DNA from: an uncultured Actinomycetes bacterium
GTDB taxonomy: Bacteria > Actinomycetota > Thermoleophilia > UBA2241
Assembly (NCBI GenBank): GCA_963725665.1
Contig: CAVRZA010000006.1
Coordinates: forward strand, 192,001-256,000
Reading direction: 5' to 3'
Length of the DNA stretch: 64,000 nucleotides
The notes under the pieces are model-generated. The model was not told where the DNA came from, made no database searches, and saw only the letters and a program-made list of their open reading frames with translations. Shown here piece by piece: positions 9,197 through 21,216 of this stretch. Within the stretch, counting starts at the first letter, position 1, and each line of letters begins with the position of its first letter. The translations under genes were made by a program, and so were the position numbers.

Positions 9197-10798
9197 ATGC
9201 TCGACCTGCTGATCAGCGGCGCGCTGGTGATCGACGGCAGCGGCGCCCCCGCCTACGCTGCCGACGTCGGTGTGGCCGGCGACCGCGTCGCCCTCGTGCG
9301 TCGCGGCGGCGAAGCCGCGGCGGGCGCTGACCGCGACGGCGCCGCCCGCGACCGGCCGGCGGCAGCCCGCGTCGTGCCCGCCGCCGGGCGCGTCCTGGCG
9401 CCGGGCTTCATCGACGTCCACACCCACTCCGACCTGGCGCCCTTCACGGACCCGTGGATGGACAGCGCCTTGCGGCAGGGCGTGACCACCGTCGTGGTGG
9501 GCAACTGCGGAGCTTCGGCGTGGCCGAGAGCGAGCCTGGCCGATCTCGCGACGTCCCTCGAGACCTCCGTCGACGAGCTCGCCGGCGGCTGGGACTCGGC
9601 GGCGGAGTACCTCGCCGCCGTCGGCGCCGCCGGCCCCGCCTGCAACGTCGCCGCGCTGACCGGGTTCGGCAGCCTGCGCAGTGAGGTCATGGGCCACGAA
9701 CGCCGCGCCGCGACGCCGGCCGAGGTCGACGCCATGCGCCGGCTGCTCGCCGAGGCGATGCGGGCCGGCGCCCTCGGCCTCTCCACGGGCCTCATCTACG
9801 TGCCCGACATGTACGCCTCGACCGACGAGGTGGCGGCCGTGGCGGCGGCCGTGGTCCCCTTCGGCGGGATCTACACCACGCACATGAGGGCTGAGGGCAA
9901 GCTGCTCTTTAAGGCCGTGCGCGAGACACTCGAGATCGGACGGCGAGCCGGGGTCCACGCCCACATCAGCCATCTCAAGCTGGAGGGTCGCTTGGCCGGA
10001 GGTCGCGCCGAGGAGCTGCTCGAGCTCGTCTTCGCCGGCGACGCTTCGGCCGACCAGTACCCGTACACGGCGTGGGAGACCGACCTCTCCTCGTTCCTCC
10101 CGCCCTGGGCGTCGGTCGACCAGCTTCAGGAGGTGGTCGCCGTCGCGGACACCAGGCGCCGGCTGGTGAAGGCGATCGAGGAGGGCGAGGAAGACTGGGA
10201 GAGCTCGATCGCCGGCGCCGGCTGGAACCTGATCGTGCTCGAGGATGACGTCGACGGCGCCGCCGGACGCAGCATCGCGCAGGTCGCGGGCGAGCGCCAG
10301 AGGGAGCCGGTCGACCTCGTCCTCGACCTCCTGCAGCGGCACCCCAGCGTCAGGGTGAGCGGTCACACGATGCGTGAGGACGACGTGCGCAAGATCTTGG
10401 CGCGCTCCGAGGTCATGGTGGGCTCCGACGGGATGGCGGTGTCGCCCGAGGGAGCCCTGCACGCGTCGCTGCTCCACCCGAGAAGCTACGGGACCTTCCC
10501 CCGCGTGCTGGGACGCTACGCGCGCGACGAGGGAATCCTCAGCCTCGAGACCGCGGTGAACAAGATGACGGGGCTGCCCGCCCGCGTCTTCGGCCTGGCC
10601 GGACGCGGGGCGATCGCCGAGGGAGCCTGCGCCGACCTGGTCCTATTCGACCCGACAGGCGTCGCCGACACCGCCACGTTCACCCAGCCGCACTCCTACC
10701 CGACCGGCATCGACCTCGTGGTCGTGAACGGGCGCGTGGCGTGGGACGGCGCTCGCGGCGAGCGCGCGGGGCGCGCGCTGCGGCGGGCGAGCGGCTGA
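9197..10798 (+). CDS. N-acyl-D-amino-acid deacylase (amidohydrolase family)
   Basis: PGFIDVHTHSD, QGVTTVVVGNCG, GLSTGLIYVP and HPRSYGTFPRVLG. Confidence 0.9.
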   Translation: MLDLLISGALVIDGSGAPAYAADVGVAGDRVALVRRGGEAAAGADRDGAARDRPAAARVVPAAGRVLAPGFIDVHTHSDLAPFTDPWMDSALRQGVTTVVVGNCGASAWPRASLADLATSLETSVDELAGGWDSAAEYLAAVGAAGPACNVAALTGFGSLRSEVMGHERRAATPAEVDAMRRLLAEAMRAGALGLSTGLIYVPDMYASTDEVAAVAAAVVPFGGIYTTHMRAEGKLLFKAVRETLEIGRRAGVHAHISHLKLEGRLAGGRAEELLELVFAGDASADQYPYTAWETDLSSFLPPWASVDQLQEVVAVADTRRRLVKAIEEGEEDWESSIAGAGWNLIVLEDDVDGAAGRSIAQVAGERQREPVDLVLDLLQRHPSVRVSGHTMREDDVRKILARSEVMVGSDGMAVSPEGALHASLLHPRSYGTFPRVLGRYARDEGILSLETAVNKMTGLPARVFGLAGRGAIAEGACADLVLFDPTGVADTATFTQPHSYPTGIDLVVVNGRVAWDGARGERAGRALRRASG

Positions 10799-10833
10799 CC
10801 CCCAGAGGCACACTGAGACCGTAACGACGAAGA

Positions 10834-10893
10834 CGCGCGGCCGCGGGCCGCCGGGCAGTGGACACGGGCTGCCCGGACACCCGCGGCCGCGCG
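10834..10893. terminator. GC-rich hairpin between convergent genes
   Basis: CGCGCGGCCGCGGG..CCGGGCAG / CTGCCCGG..CCCGCGGCCGCGCG. Confidence 0.5.
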
Positions 10894-10909
10894 CCGCGGA
10901 CGTTCGCTT

Positions 10910-12427
<1,518 letters not shown>

Positions 12428-12840
12428 AGCTGCTTTCTGGTTGAACCTCTCTACAGCGGGCCTAGAAGCCCATCGTGTCTCGAACCCCGGGGCTTGCCTG
12501 AAGCCCGCGGTCCCTGCCTGTCTGCTCCGCTCCTCGACCGCCTCCCGCTACAGCCTGATCTCGCAGTTACGTTCCGTCATGAGGAGGTGGTCCGTCTCGA
12601 CGAAGCGCACGTGGGGATCACTCGTGACGACCTCACCACCTCAGCCGATGCGAAGATCGGGCGGACGTTCGCGGACGCCCCGGAGTCCTTCGCGCTCAGC
12701 ACGTGCTGCAGCCGGGGGACGTAGGGTGGGACGCTGGCTGTATCGGCAGCGAGCGCCCGTTCTTGAGGTGGCGACGTCCCTTGCGACCCCGGTGATCCCA
12801 TCCCTGGCGCCGCTTCTCTCCTGTCGACGGAGCCTGGCAC

Positions 12841-13770
12841 TCATCCTCCCACACGTACGGCTGTCTGGGCCGGATACAGGCTCACCGCCTGCAGGATCTC
12901 GCCCATCACGGCCTTCACGGTCAGATCGATGCTGACGTTGTCGAACACCGGCACGCCGTACTGGGCCGCGCGGGCGAGGATGTACTTCTGGACGGAGCGG
13001 ATCTGAGAGAAGCTGTGGATGTAGCGCCGCAGGGGGCGGATGCCGTCGGTCTGCCATTCGCGCACGTAGAAGTGGCTGCGGTGGGCGTCGGCGTCGGCGA
13101 CCTTGAGGATGAACTGCAGGATGAGCGCGTCGCGGTAGTCGACGGTTTCCAGGAACCCGGGCACGACGTGCACGCCTTCGACGATGGTGCTCTGCGCCTC
13201 CTCCACGGCGCGGCGCACGATGGCGTTCAGCCCCACCGCTACGCTCTTGGTCTGTTCGATGAAGCCCGCGCGCGTGAGGTCGGCGTCGCCTGGCACCGGC
13301 CCGCGCCCTGCGTCGGCGGCGGCGAACGACGAGTAGTGGATCGCCGGCATCAGCTCGGGCGCGAAGAAGGCACGCATCACCTGGCGCACCGCGTCGGTGC
13401 CGACCACGCGCGTGATGCCCAACCTGTGCGCCAGCTGGGTTGCCAAAGTGCTCTTGCCGACGCCCGTGGTGCCGCCGATGAGGATGACCAGCGGGCGTTC
13501 GAAGTGCGAGAGTCGCTCTCGCTGCACGAAGCGAGCGATGAGGCCCTCTCCTTCAGTGGTGCCCAGGGTGACGCAGGCAGCCTCGCGCAGCCCCGCCAGT
13601 GTCACCGTCTTTGTGCCTGCTTCGCTCAACATGCGCTCCAAGGCTGCCGCCACGGCATAGGCCCGCTCGGGGGAGACCCCCGTAGCCATCAAGGCCTGGG
13701 CCATCAAGCCCTTCGAATAGGGCAGACCCTCCTCCTGGTTGATAACGACCAGATCGCCGTCGTCCGCCAT
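12841..13770 (-). CDS. pgk2: 2-phosphoglycerate kinase (archaeal type, ATP-cone plus P-loop)
   Basis: PYSKGLMAQAL ATP-cone start, ILIGGTTGVGKST, TDAVRQVMR and IVEGVHVVPG; adjacent to cpgS. Confidence 0.9.
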   Translation of the reverse strand: MADDGDLVVINQEEGLPYSKGLMAQALMATGVSPERAYAVAAALERMLSEAGTKTVTLAGLREAACVTLGTTEGEGLIARFVQRERLSHFERPLVILIGGTTGVGKSTLATQLAHRLGITRVVGTDAVRQVMRAFFAPELMPAIHYSSFAAADAGRGPVPGDADLTRAGFIEQTKSVAVGLNAIVRRAVEEAQSTIVEGVHVVPGFLETVDYRDALILQFILKVADADAHRSHFYVREWQTDGIRPLRRYIHSFSQIRSVQKYILARAAQYGVPVFDNVSIDLTVKAVMGEILQAVSLYPAQTAVRVGG

Positions 13771-13778
13771 CGTCCCCC

Positions 13779-15224
13779 CTAGACCCCGCCCTCGCGTTGC
13801 CTAGCGTCGAACCGCGTCTCACAGCGGCCGGCGAGCGCCTCGATCTCGGTCGCCAGGTCGCTGCCGTCGACCGCCAGCGGCTCGTTGTCGCAGAACACGA
13901 GGCGCTTGCCGGCCGCCTGAGCCGCCTCGGCCACCACGTCGATGGCGGCCGCCTTGATCTCGGTCACGAAGACGTCGGTATCACGCGCCGCCTTCGTCAC
14001 CGCCTCCTTGAGCGCCGGCCTGCGTGCCAGGTCCGTGCACACCGTCACCACCTCGGCCCCGTGCTCGGTCTCGAGGTGTGCCCGTAGCCCGGCGGCGGCC
14101 TCGCGCGTCGCCGTCGTGAAGAACGCCACGCGCTCCCCGGCGACCGCCTCTTGGGGGCGCGGGCGGAACACCGTGGGGACGACCTTCAGCGCCGGCTTCA
14201 CGGCCTCGATCTCCTCACGCAACGCCGCAACGCGGGCCGCATCGGAGAAAGGCTCCTCGCACATCGTGAGGACGACAAGGTCGGAGATGAGTAACCGGTA
14301 CGTACCCAGATAGCCAACGATGTATTCTGTCGGTTGCCCTGCGCCACTGACGCAGACCACCCCCTCGGTGCTCACGGGCGGCAGCACCGCTCCGCTGCCC
14401 TCGAACACAACCAGCGACGCCGGCAGACTCTGCGCCAGCGTCACGCCCTCGGCGACGTTCGAGTCGAACGGGCTCCCCGCCATGCCGCCGCCACAGCGGC
14501 GGCAGCCGACCGTCGTCACGCCCGCGAGCACCGCGTCCTCGTAGTGATCGGAGGCCGCGTGCCGCCCGGCGCGCGAGGCGGCCAGCAGGTCGCCTTGGCC
14601 CAGCCTCTCCTCGCCCGACAGGAGCTCGGGCTCAGCCGGTCCGCCGCGGCCCATGGCCACGACGACCACCCCCGGCCCGCGCGCGTAGCGGCGCGCCAGG
14701 ACGCGGGCGATGAACCCACTCACTGCGGTCTTACCGACCCTCTTGCCGGTTCCGATGACGGCCAGCGAGGGAGCGGTGGAGAGTCGTTGCAAAGATGGTG
14801 GCGAGAACTCGAAGTCGGCTCCGACGTAGCGCGCGCCTCTCGCCAAGGCCACGCTTATGAGGTGGAACCGCTCGCGGTAGCCTAGCACCGGCTCGTCGGA
14901 CAAGTCAACGACGATGCTCGCACCCGTATCGCGCAGCAGGGCGTCGAGGGCGGCGCCGGCGGCGGCCCCCGGACGGCGGCCGCCGGCGCCGCCCTCCCGC
15001 GCCCTGCGCAGCGGCAGACCGTAGAGCGCGGCCAGCTCCTCATCGCCGACCGGGTCGCGCAGCTTCTCCTCGCCGCCGAGGAAGACCGCGCCGACGAGGC
15101 GGTAGCGCCCGCGCAGGCGAGCCAGCGTGTCGAGCACCACGGGCGGGTAGTGCTCGCCGTCGATGAGCGCCACCGCCACCGGCGGCTCGTTCGTTCCTGG
15201 AGATGTCGTCCCTGGAGGCGTCAT
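13779..15224 (-). CDS. cpgS: Cyclic 2,3-diphosphoglycerate synthetase
   Basis: ALIDGEHYPPV, VDLSDEPV, GTGKRVGKTAVS, MGRGGP, HAASDHYEDA, GCRRCGGGMAG and TEIKAAAID. Confidence 0.93.
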   Translation of the reverse strand: MTPPGTTSPGTNEPPVAVALIDGEHYPPVVLDTLARLRGRYRLVGAVFLGGEEKLRDPVGDEELAALYGLPLRRAREGGAGGRRPGAAAGAALDALLRDTGASIVVDLSDEPVLGYRERFHLISVALARGARYVGADFEFSPPSLQRLSTAPSLAVIGTGKRVGKTAVSGFIARVLARRYARGPGVVVVAMGRGGPAEPELLSGEERLGQGDLLAASRAGRHAASDHYEDAVLAGVTTVGCRRCGGGMAGSPFDSNVAEGVTLAQSLPASLVVFEGSGAVLPPVSTEGVVCVSGAGQPTEYIVGYLGTYRLLISDLVVLTMCEEPFSDAARVAALREEIEAVKPALKVVPTVFRPRPQEAVAGERVAFFTTATREAAAGLRAHLETEHGAEVVTVCTDLARRPALKEAVTKAARDTDVFVTEIKAAAIDVVAEAAQAAGKRLVFCDNEPLAVDGSDLATEIEALAGRCETRFDARQREGGV

Positions 15225-15321
15225 CGTCCTCCTCCGCTCGGACTCGACAGGGCCCGACCGCGTCCCTTCTCACAGGCAACGCGCATGCGAGCGGGGATGT
15301 CCGGCCCCGCGACCGGCCGGC

Positions 15322-16152
15322 TCACGTGCCGGGGTGGTGAGCGGCGTCGCGAACGGGCGGCTTCTCGAAGGCCAGGGTAGAGGGCGAGAACTCGATGATG
15401 ACCTCGGAGCCGTGGAAGGGGTACTTGCGCTCGACGGTCACCAGGTCTTCCCCGATGGTGACGATGTTGTAGCAGGGCCGCGTGTTGCCGCGCAGGCGCA
15501 GGGAGCTCACCGTCCCCGCGTTGACGACGAACAGGTTCTCGAGACGCCAGGCGTACGGCACGTGCTTGTGGCCGCAAAGCACCAGGTTCACACCGCAGCG
15601 CTGCAGGACCTCGAGGGTATCGCCGGCGTCGTAGACCATGTTGCGCTCCCGTCCCGTCCCCGGCACGGGCAGCAGGTGGTGGTGCAGCAGGAAGATGCGC
15701 AGGTCGGCCGGCTCCGAGAACTCCTCGTCAAGCCAGCGGTAGCGCGCGCGGCCGATCGTGCCGTAATCGAGGTCGGGCTCCGTCGAGTCGACCCCGACGA
15801 TGCTTATGCCCTCCTTGAGGAAGTGACAGCTACGCGGTCCGAAGAGCTCCTCGAAGTGCACGTAGCCGACGTTGCGCGAATCGTGGTTGCCCGGTATGAC
15901 GAGGAGGTCGGGACACTCGAGCCGGTCGATGTAGGACTTCGCCAGCAGGTACTCTTGGCGGAACCCGTCGTTGGTGAGGTCGCCCGTGACGACGACCACG
16001 TCGGGCTTGAGCTCGTTGACCTCCACGATCGCCCTCTCCATGAGGTTGGCGACGAAGAACGGCGACCCAGTGTGCAGGTCGGAGATCTGCGCGATGGTGA
16101 AGGGACGTCGGCCGTTGGCGGGCCCCGACGTGGCGTGAGTTGGTGAGGTCAT
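15322..16152 (-). CDS. Metallophosphoesterase (CpdA/Icc-like phosphodiesterase)
   Basis: SDLH, TGDLT, PGNHD, LHHH and GHKH calcineurin-like motifs. Confidence 0.9.
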   Translation of the reverse strand: MTSPTHATSGPANGRRPFTIAQISDLHTGSPFFVANLMERAIVEVNELKPDVVVVTGDLTNDGFRQEYLLAKSYIDRLECPDLLVIPGNHDSRNVGYVHFEELFGPRSCHFLKEGISIVGVDSTEPDLDYGTIGRARYRWLDEEFSEPADLRIFLLHHHLLPVPGTGRERNMVYDAGDTLEVLQRCGVNLVLCGHKHVPYAWRLENLFVVNAGTVSSLRLRGNTRPCYNIVTIGEDLVTVERKYPFHGSEVIIEFSPSTLAFEKPPVRDAAHHPGT

Positions 16153-16222
16153 CGGCGCTTGTGGGTCAGGGGTCGCTCTCAGGGGTGACTCGTGCTCATC
16201 GTATCATCTCCCGCCATGGCGT

Positions 16223-16330
16223 CGCCTACTCCGGTCCGTGCACCACCCGGCTGCGCCTACGCCGGACGCGCGTCGTGAAACAGCGGTCGCCTACGCCGGA
16301 CGCACGTCGTGACACAGCAGTCGCCGACGC
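16223..16330. repeat. Imperfect ~34-bp tandem repeat in intergenic region
   Basis: CGCCTACGCCGGACGC(G/A)CGTCGTGA(A/C)ACAGC(G/A)GT at 16254 and 16288, with partial copies at 16223 and 16322. Confidence 0.8.
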
Positions 16331-16358
16331 GCTCCACAGGCTGCTCGACCCGGGAGCG

Positions 16359-18581
16359 CTACTCGACCACTACCACGCGCACGGCCCCCTGCTTGTCACG
16401 CACCGAGAACGAGGTCTTGCTGCCCTCACGCCTGAAGCGCAGGCTCAGCTTCGAACGCCCGACGCTCAAGTTGTTCACGTCGACTTCGCTCAGCCACGCT
16501 GGGAGCACGGGGTTGTGCACGTAGAGGATGTTCTCCTCGGCGTTCGCGTAGATCCCCAGGATCTCCTGCAGGATCATGTACATCGCCCCGGCCGAGCCCG
16601 CCTCGGGGCTGCAGGCCATGGGGTACGAGACGGGCCTGTTGACCGCCTGCTTGGTGAAGCCGCAGAAGACCTCCGGCAGACGGTAGTACTCCTGCTGCAG
16701 CGCCGCCTCGAAGAGGCCCGTGGCGATCTTGTTGGCCTCGGCCGCGTAGCCGAGCTTCTTGAGCCCCCGCGCGATGATGGCGTTGTCGAGCGGCCACACG
16801 CTGCCGTTGAAGTAGCTCATGGGGTTGTAGGCCGGCGCGACCTTGGAGATCGTGCGTACACCCCAGCCCGAGAACATGTCGGGGCTCAGGAGGCGCTGGG
16901 CGACGGCCTGCACGTGCTCGTCGGCGACGATGCGCGACCAGAGGCAGTGGCCGGCGCTCGAAGCGATGGTCTTCACCTGCCGCTTCTGGCCGTCGAGGGC
17001 CATCGCCACGTACTGCTCGTCCTCCATCCAGAACTGCTCGTTGAAGCGCACCTTGAGCGCCTGCGCCTCCGCCTGCAGGCGCTCGGCGAGCTCGATGTCG
17101 CCGAGCACCCCGAAGAGCTCCGCCAGGCGCCGCTTGGCGTAGTACACGTAGGCCTGCACCTCGGCCAGCGCGATGGGTCCCTCAGCGACCGACCCGTCGG
17201 CGTGCACGACGGCGTTGTGCGAGTCGCGCCACCCCTGGTTCGTGAGCCCGTGGCGCGAGCGCCGGCGGTACTCGACGAAGCCGTCACCGTCGAAGTCGCC
17301 GTAGTGGTCGATCCAGTTCAGGGCGGCGTCGATGGGATCGCGGAGCAGCTCGAAGAAGTCGAGGTCGCCGGTCCACATGACGGTCTCGCAGAGGAGCAGC
17401 AGGTAGAGCGGCGTCGTGTCGATGGCGCCGTAGTAGGGCGTGTGCGGGATCGCCCTCAAGGCCGCGAGCTCGCCCTGGCGTATCTCGTGCATGATCTTGC
17501 CGGGCTCCTCCTCGCGGAAGAGGTTGTCGGCCTTGCCCTGCAGCTTCGTCAGCGCCTGCAGCGTCTCGACCGCCGGGCGCGGGTCGAGCATCAGCGTCTC
17601 GAGGCTGGCGAGAAGCGCATCGCGCCCCATCGGCGCCACGAACCACGGTACCCCGGCCATGACCAGGCGCCCGTAACGCGTGCGTGCGAGCAGCATGCGC
17701 ATGTCGCGCTCGGCACGGCGCAGCACCGCCGTGAACTGCTCGTTGTCGGTGAAGATATCGCTCGACTCGGCGAACCAGCGCTCGTAGTCGCGCCGGACCT
17801 CGCCCAGCTTCGTGTTGAAGTCGGCGTCGGGCGCCGCCTCCGGCACGCCCGGCGCCTGCACCTCGACGGAGAACCTGATCACCTTGCGCTCGCGTGGCTC
17901 CAGGCGCACACGGAACACGACGTGCGTACCCTCGATGCGCGCCGGCGCCGCGGCGAACGAGACCACGGTCTTGCGCAGCACGTCGTCGAGCCCCAGGTAG
18001 GCGAGCACGATGCTCTTTGGCGTCGTCTTGGGCGCCAGACGCGTGCCGCGGCGGCGCCGGCGCGTGCCGCGCACCTCGAACATGTCGGCGAAGTCGGCGC
18101 CCACAGCGATCTCGATCGACACCTCGACCGGCTCGGGGTTGAAGTTCTTGATGCGCAGGAGCTCGTAAAGACGGTCAGAGACGAGCCGCGTGCGGCGCAC
18201 GTGCACCGTCGCCTGCGGGATCGTCTTGCCGTCGATGCCCTTGATCTGCAGGTTGGCGAACTCCATCGAGCAGACGAAGTCGCGCTCCGCCGTGGACGAC
18301 AGAAGGACAGGCGGACGACCGCCGATGGTCATCTCCAGCCGGCTCAAGTAGCGCGTGTCGCGGAAGTAGAGGCCGAGCGGCGAGATCTCCGCAGCGGGGA
18401 TGTGACCCTCGAGGTCGGTGTAGAGGAAGAGCTCGCCCTCCTTGATCACCAGACGCTGCTCCAGCGGCTCGCTCATCACGTACCGCTCGGCACTGATAGT
18501 GATGCGCTCGGTGTCGTCGAGGCGCTCGAAGCGCTCCTCGCCGATGACGATCTCGTCGCGTCTGTTGGATGCCCTGCTCAC
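16359..18581 (-). CDS. Amylo-alpha-1,6-glucosidase / glycogen-debranching family glycoside hydrolase
   Basis: GLYFRDTRYLS, AGVPWF..GRD, EEPGKIMHEIR, NQGWRDS and YNPMSYFNGSVWP. Confidence 0.9.
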   Translation of the reverse strand: MSRASNRRDEIVIGEERFERLDDTERITISAERYVMSEPLEQRLVIKEGELFLYTDLEGHIPAAEISPLGLYFRDTRYLSRLEMTIGGRPPVLLSSTAERDFVCSMEFANLQIKGIDGKTIPQATVHVRRTRLVSDRLYELLRIKNFNPEPVEVSIEIAVGADFADMFEVRGTRRRRRGTRLAPKTTPKSIVLAYLGLDDVLRKTVVSFAAAPARIEGTHVVFRVRLEPRERKVIRFSVEVQAPGVPEAAPDADFNTKLGEVRRDYERWFAESSDIFTDNEQFTAVLRRAERDMRMLLARTRYGRLVMAGVPWFVAPMGRDALLASLETLMLDPRPAVETLQALTKLQGKADNLFREEEPGKIMHEIRQGELAALRAIPHTPYYGAIDTTPLYLLLLCETVMWTGDLDFFELLRDPIDAALNWIDHYGDFDGDGFVEYRRRSRHGLTNQGWRDSHNAVVHADGSVAEGPIALAEVQAYVYYAKRRLAELFGVLGDIELAERLQAEAQALKVRFNEQFWMEDEQYVAMALDGQKRQVKTIASSAGHCLWSRIVADEHVQAVAQRLLSPDMFSGWGVRTISKVAPAYNPMSYFNGSVWPLDNAIIARGLKKLGYAAEANKIATGLFEAALQQEYYRLPEVFCGFTKQAVNRPVSYPMACSPEAGSAGAMYMILQEILGIYANAEENILYVHNPVLPAWLSEVDVNNLSVGRSKLSLRFRREGSKTSFSVRDKQGAVRVVVVE

Positions 18582-18877
18582 TACCCCTTCCAGGTCGCTG
18601 CCCCCGACGCCGCCGCACGCTCGCTGCGACTATGCCCGACGGGCTGCTTCGCGAAGGCCTCTCCTTTCCACAGCCCCACCGCGTTCCCTTTCGCTCACGG
18701 CACACGCGAGCGAGCGATAGAAGGGCGAGCGGTAGGGTCGACGCGGGAGACGACCACGGGCCGGGACGGCCTCGCACGACTGTAGCACCCGCCGGTCCGG
18801 CGCGGCAACGGCGAGGCTGTCTCGAGCGCCCGAAGCGCGCCTCGCGACCCGCTGCGGCGGCCCAGAGGAGGGGTCCG

Positions 18878-20089
18878 TCAAGTGGCGGCGGGCTCTGATT
18901 CCAGGAAAAGCGTCATCAGCTCGCGGCCGCTCTCCAGACGCAGACCGCTCGCGGCGGCCTCACGCTCCCCGAAGGCCGCCGCCGACCCGCCGACGTCCGC
19001 GCCCGGTGAGCGGCCCCGCTCGCTCCCGCGTCGCCAGAGCACGAACGGCACTGGGTCGGCGACGTGCGTGCGCACGCGCACCGGCGTGGGGTGGTCGGGC
19101 AGGACGAGCAGCGCGTCGACGAGCGGCGAGGCGGCGAGGCGCCCGACGATCTCGCGGTCGACGGCCTCGATGGCCTTGACCTTCTCCTCGATGTCGCCCA
19201 TGTGACCGGCCTCGTCGGGCGCCTCGACATGCACGTAGACGAAGTCGACGCGCGCCAGCGCGTCGAGCGCCACGCGAGCCTTCGACGCGTAGTCGGTGTC
19301 GAGGAACGCCGTCGCACCGGGCACGTCGGGCGCCTCGAGCCCGGCAAGCACGCTGATGCCCTTGATGAGGTCGGCGGCGGCTACAGCGGCGCCGCTCACG
19401 CCCCAGACGTCGCGGAAGAGCGGCAACGAGGGGGTCCTGCCCTGGCCCCAGAGCCAGATGTCGGTCACCTTGGTAGGGTTGGCCGCGCCGTCGGCGAGCA
19501 CGTCGTGGGCGCGGGCCATGAGCCCGCGCAGCGGGCCCGCGCCCGCACCCGAGGGCAGGTGCTCGCCGACGGCGCGGCCGATGATGTCGTGTGGCGGGGT
19601 GGTCGCGACGTCGTCGCGACCACCCCGCCACACGAGCAGGTTGCGGTAGCTCACCCCCGCGTGGAAATCGACCGCGCCGTCGTCGGCGAACGCCGCGGCG
19701 ACCCGTTCGTTGAGCAGGGCCACAAGTCGCGCCGCACGGTCGCCGGCGACGTGCCCGGCGGTGAAGTCGTCCATCACACCGTCGGCGATGGTGACCAGGT
19801 TGCAGCGGTAGGCGACGTCGCCGCGACCGAGCCCGACGCCGATGCTCGCCGCCTCGAGCGGCGCGCGCCCGGTGTAGACGGCGCGCGGGTCGTACCCGAG
19901 GACTCCCAGGTTGGCCACGTCGCTGCCAGCCGCCATGCCCTCCGGCACGGTGCGCACGAGGCCGACGAGCCCTTCACGAGCGAGAGCGTCGAGGTGCGGC
20001 GTGCGCGCCGCCTCGAGCGGAGTGGCGCCGCCGAGCTCGTCCAGCGGCTCGTCGGCCATCCCGTCGGGAACGACGATCACGCGCTTCAC
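18878..20089 (-). CDS. apgM: Cofactor-independent phosphoglycerate mutase family protein (ApgM; thr-operon-associated)
   Basis: [35 protein letters not shown] and PDHPTP; GTG start at 20089 overlaps the thrC stop. Confidence 0.88.
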   Translation of the reverse strand: MKRVIVVPDGMADEPLDELGGATPLEAARTPHLDALAREGLVGLVRTVPEGMAAGSDVANLGVLGYDPRAVYTGRAPLEAASIGVGLGRGDVAYRCNLVTIADGVMDDFTAGHVAGDRAARLVALLNERVAAAFADDGAVDFHAGVSYRNLLVWRGGRDDVATTPPHDIIGRAVGEHLPSGAGAGPLRGLMARAHDVLADGAANPTKVTDIWLWGQGRTPSLPLFRDVWGVSGAAVAAADLIKGISVLAGLEAPDVPGATAFLDTDYASKARVALDALARVDFVYVHVEAPDEAGHMGDIEEKVKAIEAVDREIVGRLAASPLVDALLVLPDHPTPVRVRTHVADPVPFVLWRRGSERGRSPGADVGGSAAAFGEREAAASGLRLESGRELMTLFLESEPAAT

Positions 20090-21216
20090 GCGGGCACCCC
20101 ATCGAGCACTGCCTCGATCTCGCGCAGCGGGTCCTCGGTGAAGACGGGCTCCTCGGCCGTGCGCACCGCTGTGTCGGGGTCCTTCAGGCCATGGCCGGTA
20201 AGGACGCACACGACGCGTGCGCCGGCGGGCACACGCCCGTCGGCGCGCGCCTTCGTCACCCCGGCGATCGAGGCGGCCGAGGCGGGCTCGCACATCACGC
20301 CCTCGGCGCGCGCCACGAGCTTGTAGGCGGCGATGATCTCTTCGTCGGTGACGATGTCGATGAAGCCGCCCGAGTCGCGCGCGGCGGCCAGGGCCTCCTC
20401 GCCGCGCGCCGGGTTGCCGATGCGGATGGCCGTGGCGATCGTCTCCGGGTTCTCGACACGGTGTCCCAGCACGAGCGGGGCCGCGCCGGCCGCTTGAAAG
20501 CCGATCATCTTCGGCAGGCGGCCGGCGACACCCGCCTCGTGGTACTCGCGGTAGCCCTTCCAGTAGCTCGTGATGTTGCCCGCGTTGCCGACCGGGATGG
20601 CGTGGTAGTCGGGCGCCTCGCCAAGCACGTCGACGATCTCGAAGGCGCCTGTCTTCTGCCCCTCGATGCGGTACGGGTTGACCGAGTTCACGAGGGCGAT
20701 GGCAAAGCGCTTGGCCGCTTCACGCACGACGTCGAGGGCGACGTCGAAGTTGCCCGGGATCGAGATCACGTGGGCGCCGTAGGCGACCGCCTGGGCGAGC
20801 TTGCCCATGGCGATCTTGCCCTCCGGGATGACGACGACGGCGCGCATGCCCGCCTTGGCTGCGTAGGCGGCGGCGGAGGCGCTCGTGTTGCCCGTCGAGG
20901 CGCAGATGACGGCGCCGATCCCCTCCTCGGCCACCTTCGAGATGGCCATCGTCATGCCCCGGTCCTTGAAGGAGGCGGTCGGGTTGAGGCCCTCCAGCTT
21001 GAGGTACAGCTCGACGCCGAGCTCCTCACCGAGGCGTCGTGCCGCCACAAGGGGCGTGTCGCCCTCGCCCAGGGTCACGACGGGGGTGCGATCGGTCACC
21101 GGCAGCCAGTCGCGGTAGTGGGCGATCACGCCGCGGCCGGGGATGCCCGTCTTGCCCCAAGCCTCGTAGCTCGCGCTCCCACCGAGGCCCTGCCCGTCAG
21201 GCGCGTCAGCCGGCAT
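20086..21216 (-). CDS. thrC: Threonine synthase
   Basis: [23 protein letters not shown] and PVGNAGN; start placed at ATG 21216. Confidence 0.95.
   Translation of the reverse strand: MPADAPDGQGLGGSASYEAWGKTGIPGRGVIAHYRDWLPVTDRTPVVTLGEGDTPLVAARRLGEELGVELYLKLEGLNPTASFKDRGMTMAISKVAEEGIGAVICASTGNTSASAAAYAAKAGMRAVVVIPEGKIAMGKLAQAVAYGAHVISIPGNFDVALDVVREAAKRFAIALVNSVNPYRIEGQKTGAFEIVDVLGEAPDYHAIPVGNAGNITSYWKGYREYHEAGVAGRLPKMIGFQAAGAAPLVLGHRVENPETIATAIRIGNPARGEEALAAARDSGGFIDIVTDEEIIAAYKLVARAEGVMCEPASAASIAGVTKARADGRVPAGARVVCVLTGHGLKDPDTAVRTAEEPVFTEDPLREIEAVLDGVPA

Noticed and set aside
12428-12840. Long non-coding region upstream of rho as a possible ncRNA
   Set aside because: Long rho leaders are common, and I could not recognise any motif or convincing structure
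16223-16330. Possible mini-CRISPR array
   Set aside because: The units are contiguous tandem copies with no unique spacers, and there are no cas genes in the window
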